A stretch of 64,000 bases of DNA from an uncultured Pseudomonadales bacterium. Its GTDB lineage: Bacteria; Pseudomonadota; Gammaproteobacteria; Pseudomonadales; Pseudohongiellaceae. Shown here piece after piece: positions 19,021 to 27,313 of the stretch. Numbering within the stretch: position 1 is the stretch's first letter; each line of letters starts with the position of its first letter. The position numbers were made by a program, and so were the translations under genes. Below the pieces are notes generated by a model. That model ran no database searches, was not told where the DNA came from, and was given only the letters and a program-made list of their open reading frames with translations. The DNA lies in NCBI GenBank assembly GCA_943842505.1, contig CALTDI010000008.1, forward strand, positions 88,330 to 152,329. Direction: 5' to 3'.

Positions 19021-19509
19021 TCAGTGTGTAAGATTGTATTCAACCTCGTAACGCTGCGCTGCGCCTCTGATTAAGCCCTCAGCGAGACCGCAGAGTTTGC
19101 GTGGTGATCTGTAATATAAATCGAGAGATCGGTCATCTTCTTGTTCCCAGTCCAGGGTAGGCAGGTTGGGGTTGTGGTAGAGTTTTTTGACTTCCTTGTG
19201 AATAACATCTTCGATACTTTTAAGAAATTCGAGGAATTCAGGTTGCTCATTCACAAAAATACCATGTTTCAGGTTAAGTGCATGAAATAAGTGTAACCCA
19301 AATGCCTTCAGTAGATCTGTTATGGGCGTATCCGTACGTTCTGAAAGCTCTGACACCATGGCAAGTAACTCTTCGTCGGGGAAATCCTCGACAGAGGTGT
19401 AGATGCCTTGGGATTCAGGGTTTACAGATTCGAGAATAGCCTCCCACATGTCGATGCCTATCTCGTTTTCCACCATCTCGTTAAATGTGGTAAGGACTAT
19501 TCCTTTCAT
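19021..19509 (-). CDS. hnoX: H-NOX (haem-nitric oxide/oxygen binding) domain protein
   Basis: MKGIVLTTFNEMVENEIGIDMWEAILE is a typical H-NOX N-terminus. A candidate proximal His lies in DVIHKEV, and the YxSxR haem-propionate motif is present as YRSPR. Start taken at ATG 19507-19509. Confidence 0.8.
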   Translation of the reverse strand: MKGIVLTTFNEMVENEIGIDMWEAILESVNPESQGIYTSVEDFPDEELLAMVSELSERTDTPITDLLKAFGLHLFHALNLKHGIFVNEQPEFLEFLKSIEDVIHKEVKKLYHNPNLPTLDWEQEDDRSLDLYYRSPRKLCGLAEGLIRGAAQRYEVEYNLTH

Positions 19510-19650
19510 ATTTTTCTCGTTGGGGCTGGCCTGTATTGAGTCTAAACTGGTAAAGTTAATCACAATTGGCGCGCAGTTGAATTGTTGCTAATTAATACCC
19601 GTTTTGTAATATCAAATTTTAGAAGCTACTATCGGAGAGACTAGTTCACC

Positions 19651-21072
19651 ATGGCCAATATAATGATAGTAGACGATGACGACTACGTCTTGAATTCTCT
19701 CGTCAGACTTCTACGCTCTCCAGATTACGATATTAGCTGCTATTCTGACTCGGAAGAAGCGCTAATTCAATGCGGCCTGCAGGAATTCGACCTGATACTA
19801 TCGGATCAGCGCATGCCTGGCATGGAAGGCACTGAGTTCTTTACCCATGTAGCACAATTATTTCCTCATACCCGACGCATTCTGATCAGCGGCTATAGCG
19901 ATTTTTTCAGCGTCACAGAGGCATTTAATGAGGGGATCATTCACAAATTTGTCATTAAGCCCTGGGACAATGAGGTGCTTACAAATCTTGTGTCGGATCA
20001 GCTGAAGATAGCCGAGAGTGGGGATGCTAGCGAATTGGGCGTCTCTGCCGCTGCGTTTGCTCATGCTATTGGGAATGCTCCGGAGGAAGACGCTGACCCA
20101 GAGCAAAGCTTTCACGGCATTGTGAGCTCCGATCCGAGCATGTTGCAGCAGATTTCAGTGATTAAGAAGACGGCAAACTCGGAAGCGCCGTTCTTTATTC
20201 ATGGTGAGACCGGGACGGGGAAGGAGTTGATTGCCCATTCCATTCATTTAGAGTGCGACCGCTCGGCCCGTAAATTTGTTGCTCTGAACTGTGCCAACCT
20301 GACCGAGGCTCTGCTGGAGTCTCAGTTGTTTGGTCACAAGAAGGGAGCCTTTACTGGCGCGCAGCAGGACCAGAAGGGGTTGTTAGCCGAGGCCGAGGGG
20401 GGCACGCTATTCCTGGATGAGGTTACTGAGATACCTCTAAATTTGCAATCCAAACTGCTTCGTGTCCTGCAGGAAAGAGAATACACACCGGTAGGTGAAA
20501 CTAGCGCTATAAGTTTCGATGTAAAAATTATATCTGCCTCTTCGACTAGCCTGGAAGCAGCTGTTGCGAGTGGAGCGTTTAGAGAAGATCTCCGCTACCG
20601 CCTAGAAGTTTTGCCGATAAGCCTGCCGCCCCTAAGAGCCAGAACAGGGGATATAAAAATGTTGTTCGACTATTTCCTGAGGCAGCAATTTAGCAAGCAC
20701 GGCAAGCAAGGGAAAGCGGTGGATGAGGCGGTCTATGACTGCATCTGTGGTTATCATTGGTCGGGCAATGTGCGTGAGTTGGTGAATGTATGTACCTACA
20801 TAGCGGCGCTGTCAGCTGATGAGGCAGGTTTGATAACCTTGGAGGATCTTCCCATTGTGCTGCTGAACTCTTCTGCGCTAGCCGAAAACGGTCAGAGCGA
20901 TGCGGTGGCAGAGCTTCCAGGCAATTCACAGAAATCTATGATAATCAGTAAGGATAGTTTGACCGCGGCAATAGAAAACTTTGGCGGTCATCGTGAATCA
21001 ATCGCGAACTACTTCGGCATTTCTCGTATGACTCTTTGGCGCAAGATGAAGAAATTCGGCCTTGATAAATAG
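19651..21072 (+). CDS. sigma-54-dependent response regulator (REC + AAA+ + Fis-type HTH)
   Basis: REC domain (DLILSDQRMPGMEG ... KFVIKPW), Walker A GETGTGKE, sigma-54 contact loop GAFTGA, and C-terminal HTH ANYFGISRMTLWRKMKKFGL. Confidence 0.85.
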   Translation: MANIMIVDDDDYVLNSLVRLLRSPDYDISCYSDSEEALIQCGLQEFDLILSDQRMPGMEGTEFFTHVAQLFPHTRRILISGYSDFFSVTEAFNEGIIHKFVIKPWDNEVLTNLVSDQLKIAESGDASELGVSAAAFAHAIGNAPEEDADPEQSFHGIVSSDPSMLQQISVIKKTANSEAPFFIHGETGTGKELIAHSIHLECDRSARKFVALNCANLTEALLESQLFGHKKGAFTGAQQDQKGLLAEAEGGTLFLDEVTEIPLNLQSKLLRVLQEREYTPVGETSAISFDVKIISASSTSLEAAVASGAFREDLRYRLEVLPISLPPLRARTGDIKMLFDYFLRQQFSKHGKQGKAVDEAVYDCICGYHWSGNVRELVNVCTYIAALSADEAGLITLEDLPIVLLNSSALAENGQSDAVAELPGNSQKSMIISKDSLTAAIENFGGHRESIANYFGISRMTLWRKMKKFGLDK

Positions 21073-21147
21073 TCAGCCAGTCTAAGGAAATCCTGAGCAC
21101 AATCGCCTCCGCACAGAAGTGAATTTGGCTTGCCAGGGGAATGTGAA

Positions 21148-21184
21148 AGCGGGCTCAGCAGATCGCTGATCTGATTAGCCCGCT
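21148..21184. terminator. imperfect long hairpin between convergent genes
   Basis: Outer arms AGCGGGCT / AGCCCGCT and inner arms CAGATC / GATCTG. There is no flanking T-run, so terminator function is uncertain. Confidence 0.35.
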
Positions 21185-21192
21185 GAACTGAC

Positions 21193-23475
21193 CTAGCGCT
21201 GGAAAAGGTAGGAGAACTTCATGAAGATCTGGTCTCCGTCGACCTTCAGGTCGTTAGCAACAACCAATTCCCTCTCGCCTTCCATCTCGACGATATCGAA
21301 GTTGCTCTGGTTGCTATTGTAGCCTATGAAGAAAGCAGACCAGGGGTTGATTACGTAGCGTAATAGCAGGTCGAAGTTGAGGTTCTCATCATCTGTTAAT
21401 CGTGATGCCGGTCCGGCATCTGTCTCGTCGTATTGAGTGATAAAGCGCAGCGACCATTCCTTGGTGAACTGGTAGTTCCAGTTGCTGCGTACGATTTCAT
21501 TGGAAAAAATATCTGTACCGCCAATCTTTGATTGCAGCTCGGTGTGGAAGTAGGTGTTGGTAATACGCAATCTATCGAGTGGCCGCCAGAGCATGTCGAA
21601 GCTAAAGCGAGTGGTATCGGCGATGCTGGGCAGAGTGCCTCTAGGTGGAACCAGATTCAAGGTAGTGCCCGACCTATAGTTGGCGCTGAAGGACAAGGTG
21701 TTTAGTGTGGTATTGGTGAAGCCTAATTGAAAGTCTTCATACTTATAGACACGGTTCGATAATATTCCTGCGAAGTCTTTCGGTCTCAGGGTTTCCGAGT
21801 ACTCGGTGTAGCTGGCATTAAAAATATTCGTATCGAAGTTTACGCCAACTCCAGGCCCAAGCTGTGAGTAGATCTTGTCACCACCAATATCATCGATATA
21901 GACGCCGAAGAGGTTCGCATTCCATCTGTTGATGGTTGAATTTTCAGGGTAAAAATTGAAGTTGACGCGCTGGTGCAGGCCAGACGAGTCGGCACGGAAG
22001 AATCGATTTTGGAAGCCTAGCTCTGTGCGGAAGTCGCTGGTCGTTGCAATGTAGTGCGTGTGATTGCTGAAGGTACGGCCTGCGCGGTTAACCTGAATAT
22101 TGCGCTGATAGCCAGTAGTCACTTCTCCACCGCTTGCCGGCTCACTCTCTGTGCCCACGAACTGTAGTTGAGTGGTCCAATTGTTGTTTAGCTTGAAGCG
22201 GCCGTCGACGCTGGCTACGCGATTGTAGCCATCGGCGAGGTCACGGCTGGTTAGCAAGACACCAACGCGGTCCTGATCTGACATGTCCATAAATCCACGC
22301 AGAATCGCAACGTTGGCTTTCTCTCCCTGTAGCGGATCGCCAGCGGCTTTGTTCAGGCCTGGCGCCTCGTCGTTGATCAAGATGCTGCCGAATCCAAAGT
22401 TGCCGGCACGACCTGTAAAGCGTGCGCCACCCTCTGGATCTATAATACGTCGGGTGAAGACCAGCGTCGAGTCGGTGGCGAAGAAGTCGGCATTCTCTAC
22501 GAAGAAGGGGCGACGCTCCGGAAATTGCACCTCGAAGCGCTCATTCAATGTCACCTGTGGTTGATCCGATTCAACCTGGGAGAAGTCTGGGTTGAGTGTG
22601 ATGTCCAGAACCATAGAGTCGTTGAATACAAACTTCGCATCCACACCTACGTCTTGTTCGGAGCTCTGATCGAATTTAGGCCCGCCGGTTGCGCCGGGGT
22701 CAAGTGCATCTACTTCTCTAGCAAAGATGAAAGGGATGATCTGTGAATTATTACCAGGCGATACATCGCGGATACCAGTAAGCATTGCTGTCTGGTTGAG
22801 GCGACCTTCAACATCGACAGAGTAGGGTGGCCAGTAGGACTCTTCACCGTATCGGGGAATATTTCTTGCGAACTGTATGCGCCAGGTTTGTTCTGACCTG
22901 TCTGGAAAGCGAAGACTGCGCAGTGGAATGGTCATGCTCGCCATATAACCTTGATCGGTAAGTTCACCATCACTGTCCCAAACCATTTCAAGTGTGGTGT
23001 CGAATCCTGCGCGACGCGAGGAGCCTTCCGTCCAGCGAGCATCCCACTGAATACCTAGGGGTGTAGTTCGAAATGAGAATGCTGCGCGCTGATCGTTGAA
23101 TGTGTCGAAGGTGATTTCTACGTTGTCATCCCCGTCGATGTTTTCTCGCGATGAGAGATTCGCGCGTATCTGGCTGGGGTCGCTGTCGAATGCGAGAAAG
23201 ATGACATGCAGGTCTACCTGATCGTAGCCTATGTACACTTCGGTGCGTTGTAACGAAGGCTCGCCGGGTTCTGGTTCACGCTGTACGAACGAGTCCACTT
23301 TCGCCATCGATCGGGCTAATGCAGAGGAGGGCGCCATATTCTCAAAGTCAGCGAAGCTGGGTTTTCCATCTATCAGAGGCATCACAAGCCCGGAATCGGC
23401 GGCATAGAGCGCTTGTGAAAAGAGCAAAGCTACTGCTGTGCCACATAGGCACAAATTCAACCAAGATTTTCTCAT
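21193..23475 (-). CDS. secreted CBM9-like/DUF5916 family protein (probable outer-membrane beta-barrel)
   Basis: 760 aa with a signal peptide. The N-terminal region FVQREPEPGEPSLQRTEVYIGYD...DGDDNVEITFDTFNDQR resembles the CBM9-like domain. A long beta-rich C-terminus ends in FMKFSYLFQR. The family assignment is from memory. Confidence 0.6.
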   Translation of the reverse strand: MRKSWLNLCLCGTAVALLFSQALYAADSGLVMPLIDGKPSFADFENMAPSSALARSMAKVDSFVQREPEPGEPSLQRTEVYIGYDQVDLHVIFLAFDSDPSQIRANLSSRENIDGDDNVEITFDTFNDQRAAFSFRTTPLGIQWDARWTEGSSRRAGFDTTLEMVWDSDGELTDQGYMASMTIPLRSLRFPDRSEQTWRIQFARNIPRYGEESYWPPYSVDVEGRLNQTAMLTGIRDVSPGNNSQIIPFIFAREVDALDPGATGGPKFDQSSEQDVGVDAKFVFNDSMVLDITLNPDFSQVESDQPQVTLNERFEVQFPERRPFFVENADFFATDSTLVFTRRIIDPEGGARFTGRAGNFGFGSILINDEAPGLNKAAGDPLQGEKANVAILRGFMDMSDQDRVGVLLTSRDLADGYNRVASVDGRFKLNNNWTTQLQFVGTESEPASGGEVTTGYQRNIQVNRAGRTFSNHTHYIATTSDFRTELGFQNRFFRADSSGLHQRVNFNFYPENSTINRWNANLFGVYIDDIGGDKIYSQLGPGVGVNFDTNIFNASYTEYSETLRPKDFAGILSNRVYKYEDFQLGFTNTTLNTLSFSANYRSGTTLNLVPPRGTLPSIADTTRFSFDMLWRPLDRLRITNTYFHTELQSKIGGTDIFSNEIVRSNWNYQFTKEWSLRFITQYDETDAGPASRLTDDENLNFDLLLRYVINPWSAFFIGYNSNQSNFDIVEMEGERELVVANDLKVDGDQIFMKFSYLFQR

Positions 23476-23594
23476 CGGGTACTCTCTGTGGGGGTTTTAG
23501 AGTAAAGCGGAGGATGGTACGCGGATTTGAGACCCTAGGGAACCCTTCGCGACAATTGGTCACAGACTCGTAACGGAGGTTACCGGGACGTTAT

Positions 23595-24137
23595 TTAGAG
23601 GGCTTGGCTGCTATCGATGAAGCCATCTTTGTTGGGCATTTGAACCTGCTGCAGCGAGTCCCTATTAAGTACTAAAGAGGCCTCAATTATGCCGTTCATG
23701 TTCAGGATATAGGCGATTACCTGATAGACCTCGGAGCTGCTTAATGACTTGGGTGCGTCGGCGGGCATGGCGCGCTGCACATAGTCGAAGAGGGTGCTGG
23801 CGTGGGGCCAGTAGCTGCCTACGGTGCGAATGGGGCGTTCCTCGGACTGCATATCACCACCGACGAGGCGGGTAGCTGCAGATGTGCCCTCACCTTCCAT
23901 GCCGTGGCAGGCGGAACAGCGACTCTCGAAAATGACTTTTCCCTGAATGGCGGTGCCTCCGCCCTCGGGATAGCCACTGCCATCGGGCGGCGCGATTAGG
24001 TCGAAGCCTCGTAGCTGGCTCTCACTGATAGGACTGCCCAGAGACTGGGCAAAGACGGCGCTAGAAATTCCAGCACAGAGGCTGAAGGAAAGTGCGCCTA
24101 GGGTAATTCGTTTTCTAAGCATAGACATTGGCAACAT
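23595..24137 (-). CDS. sorB: c-type cytochrome subunit of SorAB-type sulfite dehydrogenase
   Basis: Signal peptide and a single haem motif CSACHG. It overlaps the 3' end of the molybdoenzyme gene by 23 nt. Confidence 0.65.
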   Translation of the reverse strand: MLPMSMLRKRITLGALSFSLCAGISSAVFAQSLGSPISESQLRGFDLIAPPDGSGYPEGGGTAIQGKVIFESRCSACHGMEGEGTSAATRLVGGDMQSEERPIRTVGSYWPHASTLFDYVQRAMPADAPKSLSSSEVYQVIAYILNMNGIIEASLVLNRDSLQQVQMPNKDGFIDSSQAL

Positions 24138-25386
24138 CTCCTGCAGTATTCACTGCCCAGCTCTGAATGCCATGGAAGTGGTAGGTACTTATATTTCCCT
24201 TCTCGGTAACCAGGCTCGTTCGAGTCGGCTGCACATTGCCCTGGCTATCTGTAGCACGGCTCTGCAAGATTGCATCCCCTCCAGACCATTCCCAGGGAAT
24301 AAGGAATCGGGCCAGAGCTTTCTCACTCTGATGGGACTGAATCATCGCATCTGCCCATGTGCGGCCTCCGTCTGCACTGACTTCGACGCGACGAATACTG
24401 CCGCGACCCGACCAGGCGATGCCGGAAACCTGATAGACACCCTGTCGTTCTAACTTCATCTTTCCCGACGGTGAGGTAATGACTGACTTGGTTCCCATAG
24501 GATAGGTGAACTGCAGACTCTTGCGGTCGAGTCGCGTATCCGTGTACTTGCTGGTCTCGTCTCGGAAATGACCAGGTTCTGTGCTGAGTTTTATTTGAGT
24601 GAGCCACTTAACACTGATGTTGCCTTCGCAGCCCGGCACGAACAAGCGCATCGGATAGCCCTGTTCGGGACGCACCGGCTCGCCGTTTTGAAATAGAGCA
24701 ATCATCACATCGTCCATAGCACGATTGAGAGGAATAGAGCGCCCCATGCTGGCGGCATCTGCGCCTACTGCATTGATCCATTGCGCTTCTGGCTCTACCC
24801 CTGCTTCATCTAGCAGGGTAGACAGTGGAATACCAGTCCACTCCGCACCGGAGACCAAGCCATGAATGCTCTGTGCCGTGCCATCGGCAGGGTTGGGGCC
24901 AAACAGCGTGCCGCTATTGCCCGAGCACTCCAGAAAATAGATCTTGCTTACCATCGGATAGCGCAGCAGGTCTTCGTAGCTAAACACCAGTGGTTGTCGC
25001 ACTAATCCATGGATGACCAGTTTGTGTTGTGACGGATCGATATCGGGAATGCCGGCGTGATGACGTTCGAAATGCAGGCTATTGGGCGTGATGGAGCCCT
25101 GCAGTTGATGCAGGGGTGAGCGTGAGGCGCCGCCACCGGGATATAGCGGATTTGGATTGCCCGACAGTCTCTTCATGTCGTCCGCAAATTTGGAGCGCGA
25201 GCCGTAGCCGCTAGCACCCGGGCCCGGTTGTTTAGACCAGGAAGGGATTTCAAGGTTCATGCCGGCATCGGCACCGAGTAATGAGCTGGAAGCGGCTACA
25301 CCAACTCCAGCCAAGCCAAGGCCTAATAGATGGCGCCGGTTGATCAGCCCATTGCCTGCTACTTTTTCTAATTCCTGCTTGCTCAT
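24115..25386 (-). CDS. sorA: sulfite-oxidase-family molybdopterin oxidoreductase (sulfite dehydrogenase SorA-like)
   Basis: Tat signal NRRHLLGLGLAGVGVAASS and Mo-cofactor cysteine context YFLECSGNSG. Size and the following cytochrome c gene also fit. Confidence 0.75.
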   Translation of the reverse strand: MSKQELEKVAGNGLINRRHLLGLGLAGVGVAASSSLLGADAGMNLEIPSWSKQPGPGASGYGSRSKFADDMKRLSGNPNPLYPGGGASRSPLHQLQGSITPNSLHFERHHAGIPDIDPSQHKLVIHGLVRQPLVFSYEDLLRYPMVSKIYFLECSGNSGTLFGPNPADGTAQSIHGLVSGAEWTGIPLSTLLDEAGVEPEAQWINAVGADAASMGRSIPLNRAMDDVMIALFQNGEPVRPEQGYPMRLFVPGCEGNISVKWLTQIKLSTEPGHFRDETSKYTDTRLDRKSLQFTYPMGTKSVITSPSGKMKLERQGVYQVSGIAWSGRGSIRRVEVSADGGRTWADAMIQSHQSEKALARFLIPWEWSGGDAILQSRATDSQGNVQPTRTSLVTEKGNISTYHFHGIQSWAVNTAGDVANVYA

Positions 25387-25429
25387 AAAATAGTCTCTTC
25401 TTGAACTTTTCTAAACTGACCTTCGTTAG

Positions 25430-27019
25430 CTAGTAACCCAAGTATTGTTTCGCTTCTCGCACGGCAGCGTGGCTATCGTCGCTCCACACAGCCAGCAGCG
25501 CGTTATACATCGCAGAGGCTTCGGCCACGTTATTCCTGCCCTTATGGCTGCGTGCTGCGCCTAGCAAAGACCAGGGTCGATTCGGTAAGCGCTGCAAGGA
25601 AACCGCGAACAACTGTGCGGCCTCATCATGTCTGCTCATTTCCAGCATCATCTCTGCGGCTAATTCGTGAACTGGCTTCAGCGGAGTGGCTGCTCCGTTC
25701 GGTGGTCGTTGCCTCTCCTTGATGGTCATCGCCTCTTGGATGAGATCGATAGCTTGCTGCCGCTTGGCGACATCGACCATAGACTGCTGCATCGATTCCT
25801 TGTGCAGAGTGAGTGCGGCTACCTCGTGATGTATCAATTGCAGATCCACACTGCCAGGTCTCGCCGCCAGCATGCTCTGCAGTCTTGCAACCACTTGATT
25901 GGCGAGTGCAAGGTCGCCAAGATTCGCCGCGCTTAGTCCCAGTGCGAGCAACTCTGTAGCATCTAAATCATCGGAGAAGGGCTGTGTCTGCCATTGCTTG
26001 CTCTCGATAATGTGTCTGGCTTTCATTGTTCTTAGCGTGCCCATTGCGCGAGCACTATTCGGGTCATTGTCCACAACCAACTGGCCGCGCTGAATCCAGA
26101 CTTCGGATTTGTTCAGATCACCCAGTTGCAGATCACCATACTGCCCCCAATCGGAGGAGTGGTTCATATCGCCGGTGGCATCACCGGGCTGCCAGAGTTC
26201 CAGCCCGGCATTGAATGCAGAATCATTCCACAGCGACACTTCCTGCCACATGCCGTGTTGAATGAAGATGTGAGTGGGCATGTGCCGTGCGTGCGATACA
26301 GCCGGCGCAATATCTGCGTAGGCAGTCGCAGCTTCCAGTGCAATCGGTGCATGAATGGGGTCGTCAAAGGCGTGGATTACATAGTGTGCAGCACCCGGAT
26401 GGTTGTCGTTCTTCTTGAAGAGCCCTAGCGCCAGCGCGCCGGCGCGCATGTTGATGCGGTCTCGGTCGGCGCCTTCTACAGTCGCGGCCGCCAGCATAGA
26501 GGCAGCATAAAAGGCCTTAACCTCATCATCGTCGGGGAATTTTTCATACAGGTCCGCCATCGCATGCATCCAGGCCGTCCGTCGCTCTGCCATGCCTCCC
26601 ACTGTCAGTGCATAGGCCTCTGCCGCTCGCAGAAAACCTTTCTCTCTCTCGGTGGGAGCATGGGCGAGTCGCTCTTCACTGGTGGCGCCCAGACGCATCA
26701 AGGCATTACCGGGGCCATCGTCTTTCTGACCGAAGAAGGGGTGTTGATAGGTGAATGCCTCACCCCAATAGGCCATTGCGAAGTCTGGCTCTAGCTCCTG
26801 TGCGCGGCGAAATTCTCGCTGCGCCTGAGTCATGCCAAAGCTGTGCAGATATCCCACGCCAAGAATGAAATGTTTCTGCGCCGCGGCTGATCCGGAAGTG
26901 GGGAAGTCGAATGTGCCAATTCGATCCAATTCGGCGGCATTGACGTTGACCGCAAACGGGAGCGCTAAGAGGCTGAAGAGTATTGCTAGAACTGGCTTAG
27001 AGTGTTTCTGTCTGGACAT
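25430..27019 (-). CDS. secreted helical-repeat (TPR-like) hypothetical protein
   Basis: 529 aa with a signal peptide (LAILFSLLALPFAVNVNAAE). It is alanine/leucine-rich with helical repeats, and lies 43 nt upstream of and co-oriented with sorA. No catalytic motif recognised. Confidence 0.5.
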   Translation of the reverse strand: MSRQKHSKPVLAILFSLLALPFAVNVNAAELDRIGTFDFPTSGSAAAQKHFILGVGYLHSFGMTQAQREFRRAQELEPDFAMAYWGEAFTYQHPFFGQKDDGPGNALMRLGATSEERLAHAPTEREKGFLRAAEAYALTVGGMAERRTAWMHAMADLYEKFPDDDEVKAFYAASMLAAATVEGADRDRINMRAGALALGLFKKNDNHPGAAHYVIHAFDDPIHAPIALEAATAYADIAPAVSHARHMPTHIFIQHGMWQEVSLWNDSAFNAGLELWQPGDATGDMNHSSDWGQYGDLQLGDLNKSEVWIQRGQLVVDNDPNSARAMGTLRTMKARHIIESKQWQTQPFSDDLDATELLALGLSAANLGDLALANQVVARLQSMLAARPGSVDLQLIHHEVAALTLHKESMQQSMVDVAKRQQAIDLIQEAMTIKERQRPPNGAATPLKPVHELAAEMMLEMSRHDEAAQLFAVSLQRLPNRPWSLLGAARSHKGRNNVAEASAMYNALLAVWSDDSHAAVREAKQYLGY

Positions 27020-27097
27020 CGGAAATCCTCACATCATTAATATCGGCGAAGACTAAGGGTGCCAACTACGCCGACCCTTTGCAATGACTATTTTTAG

Positions 27098-27313
27098 CAA
27101 GAATCGACTTCAGAACAACCCCTCACCAAGACTTCAAATTCTGCTGGAGGAATCAGAACAAACCTCAAGTCAGGTCCCCGAGCCTGCTGGAGGAATCAGA
27201 ACAAACCTCAAGTCAGGTCCCCGAGCCTGCTGGAGGAATTAGAACCAACTTTAAATCAGACTCCCAATCCCTGCTGGAGGGATTTCCCAGCCAACTCCTA
27301 GGCCAGGTGGTCG
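27098..27313. repeat. 43-44 bp tandem repeat array (about 5 copies, the two central copies identical)
   Basis: CTGCTGGAGG starts units at 27141, 27184, 27227 and 27271. Units 27141-27183 and 27184-27226 are identical (CTGCTGGAGGAATCAGAACAAACCTCAAGTCAGGTCCCCGAGC). The flanking copies are progressively degenerate. Confidence 0.9.

Noticed and set aside
27098-27313. Possibility that the tandem repeat array is a CRISPR array
   Set aside because: The units abut one another with no unique spacers, the repeats degenerate toward both ends, and there are no cas genes in the window.
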